From positions 310,001 to 374,000 of the forward strand of contig NW_027590264.1 of assembly GCF_964213995.1 (NCBI RefSeq): a stretch of 64,000 bases of DNA, written 5' to 3'. The DNA is from Mustelus asterias. Lineage: Eukaryota. Of this stretch, positions 62,471 through 64,000 are shown one piece after another. Every line of letters begins with the position of its first letter. The stretch's first letter is position 1. Below the pieces are notes generated by a model. It was not told the DNA's origin. It saw only the letters and a program-made list of their open reading frames with translations, and searched no databases. The position numbers and the translations under genes were made by a program.

Positions 62471-63077
62471 GATCCCAGCAGATCCGAACAGAGGAGTTCG
62501 CTGTCAGGCTCACGTCAAACTGAGCAATAGGGTGCAGCCCTTTAACGTGTATTTGATAAACCAACCTTTTTAACACACGCTAAATTTGGAATTTTAACCT
62601 ATTCACTGTCATTGTATTTTCCCGCTCTGTTTGATACGTCACTATCACAGAAAAAAAATCTTAGATCATCTTCCCAATTGACACCCGTCTCAAACTCAGT
62701 CTGATCATTGACAGTGACTCAAATACTCGGAACATCTTCATCCACATTCAACACTTGCATTTCCTTCTTCAAGGCGAATTCTTTCAGATCAATTGAAGGG
62801 AAAAATGTCTCTGAGCTCAATTAGGCTCAACCTAGCTGTGTTTACTCGTCTAGCTCTGAACAGCAGAGTGTATCGCCAATGTCTCAGTTCTCTGTCATCA
62901 ACAATTGTGTTTAAGCCAATGACGTCAGACCAGTGAGATCCAGTGATTTCAGATCTACCGAACATACGTTAGGAAGTGAGGTCAGACCAGCCTCAGCCAA
63001 TGGTCTCAGTTTTATCTTGTTCGATATTCGAAGCTTTTGGAGACACAAGACGTCCCTAGAATCTTGGAACAGCAGCA

Positions 63078-64000
63078 ATGCGGCGCTCCGTCCTCACTGT
63101 GATCTGGGTGACATTCGTTGTCGGTACGTTTAACACTTTAAAAATGAGTGTAACTTCGAGAGGAATAAACTTCAAAAGCAGGGCGCTCCAGTTCATCAGA
63201 CATCGGGCCTGCCATAGAGCACTTGAGTCTTTGCTCTTGGCTTTTCCTTACAGGACTATCGGTTGGCAAATAGCACAGCAAGCCTGATACCAGAATTGGG
63301 ATATGACATCGATCAGAATGCAATCTAAACATTATGGTTCATTTCTCTTCTGGCTGGAGACTAAAGAGTAACTTGATTGATGTATTCACAATAAGGTTCA
63401 GTCAGGTGGACGGGGAAAGGAAGATTCCACTCGGGGAGGATTCCAAATGGATGTCCCATCAATCTGAGTCAAATGAAAAGATTAACTGGAAATTACAGCA
63501 AATCTACTTTCGAGGGAGCTCTGTAGAAAGTGACTCACATTAAAACAATGAGACACTTGAACGGAGGAGTAAAGACACAGTTGGGGGAGACCTAGATTAG
63601 CCGCTGAGGGGGAAAGGGGCAGAGGCATTTGAGATGAGGTGGGACGGCGGATTCTCCTGGGGATACTGAACGGGAACTAGATTAGTTGATGCGAATGTGA
63701 GATTATTTAAAGCCTATTTTTATGCTGCATCGTCTGCGAATGTTCACCCTCAGTTCTGCTGAATGTTTTTTCTTTAACCGTGTGTTCCAGATCTGAGCGA
63801 TGGGGATTCTGTTACTCAGGGGGAATCCTCACTCACACGGACAGAGGGGGAAGATGTCACTTTAAGCTGCACCTATACCGACGATGCATATTATTTATTC
63901 TGGTACCGTCAATACCCAGGCAGACAGCCCGTGTTTGCGGTCCGGAGGCATACTGGCGGCGGTGATGAATTGAAGGCGGATTTCGCTCAGACCCGTTTTT
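63078..64000 (+). CDS. TCR V gene, 3' end outside window (leader 63078-63123, V exon from 63791)
   Basis: MRRSVLTVIWVTFVV|gtacgt; DSVTQGESSLTRTEGEDVTLSCTYTDDAYYLFWYRQYPG..; CCAATGACGTCA at 62916-62927. Confidence 0.88.

Noticed and set aside
1-64000. NAR-TCR or TAILV V-D-J cassettes, D, J or C exons
   Set aside because: No 12-RSS, no FGxG/WGxG J motifs, no C exon seen; leaderless Vs are explained by truncation

Overview
Eukaryotic (vertebrate) DNA, not prokaryotic. The window lies inside the V-segment array of a T-cell receptor alpha/delta-type locus of a cartilaginous fish. A shark is inferred from HE1-like V-SINEs, Deu-domain SINEs, CR1/HER1-type LINEs and a shark-type GPR139-like GPCR. 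I find 17 complete, open V genes, 2 more cut by the window edges, and about 11 pseudogenes, relics or orphan leaders. Intact V genes end in a heptamer / 22-24 nt spacer / nonamer RSS and lie in both orientations. I found no D, J or C segments and no 12-RSS. Interspersed are three C2H2 zinc-finger genes or fragments, an intact two-exon GPCR, two tRNA-Gln-like genes, many retroelements (including Penelope ends carrying hammerhead ribozyme cores), two minisatellites and nested direct and inverted duplications. Most notable: (1) a V family whose leader and V domain form one intronless exon yet keep an RSS; (2) CTCF-like motifs at a fixed ~26 nt behind the RSS of one V family; (3) a 38-bp minisatellite built of RSS-like units; (4) non-immune genes inside recombining DNA; (5) unusual V domains (Cys-less, CDR2-short, VH-like FR2). 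Coordinates were counted by hand and may be off by a few bases. Alpha versus delta cannot be decided from V segments alone.
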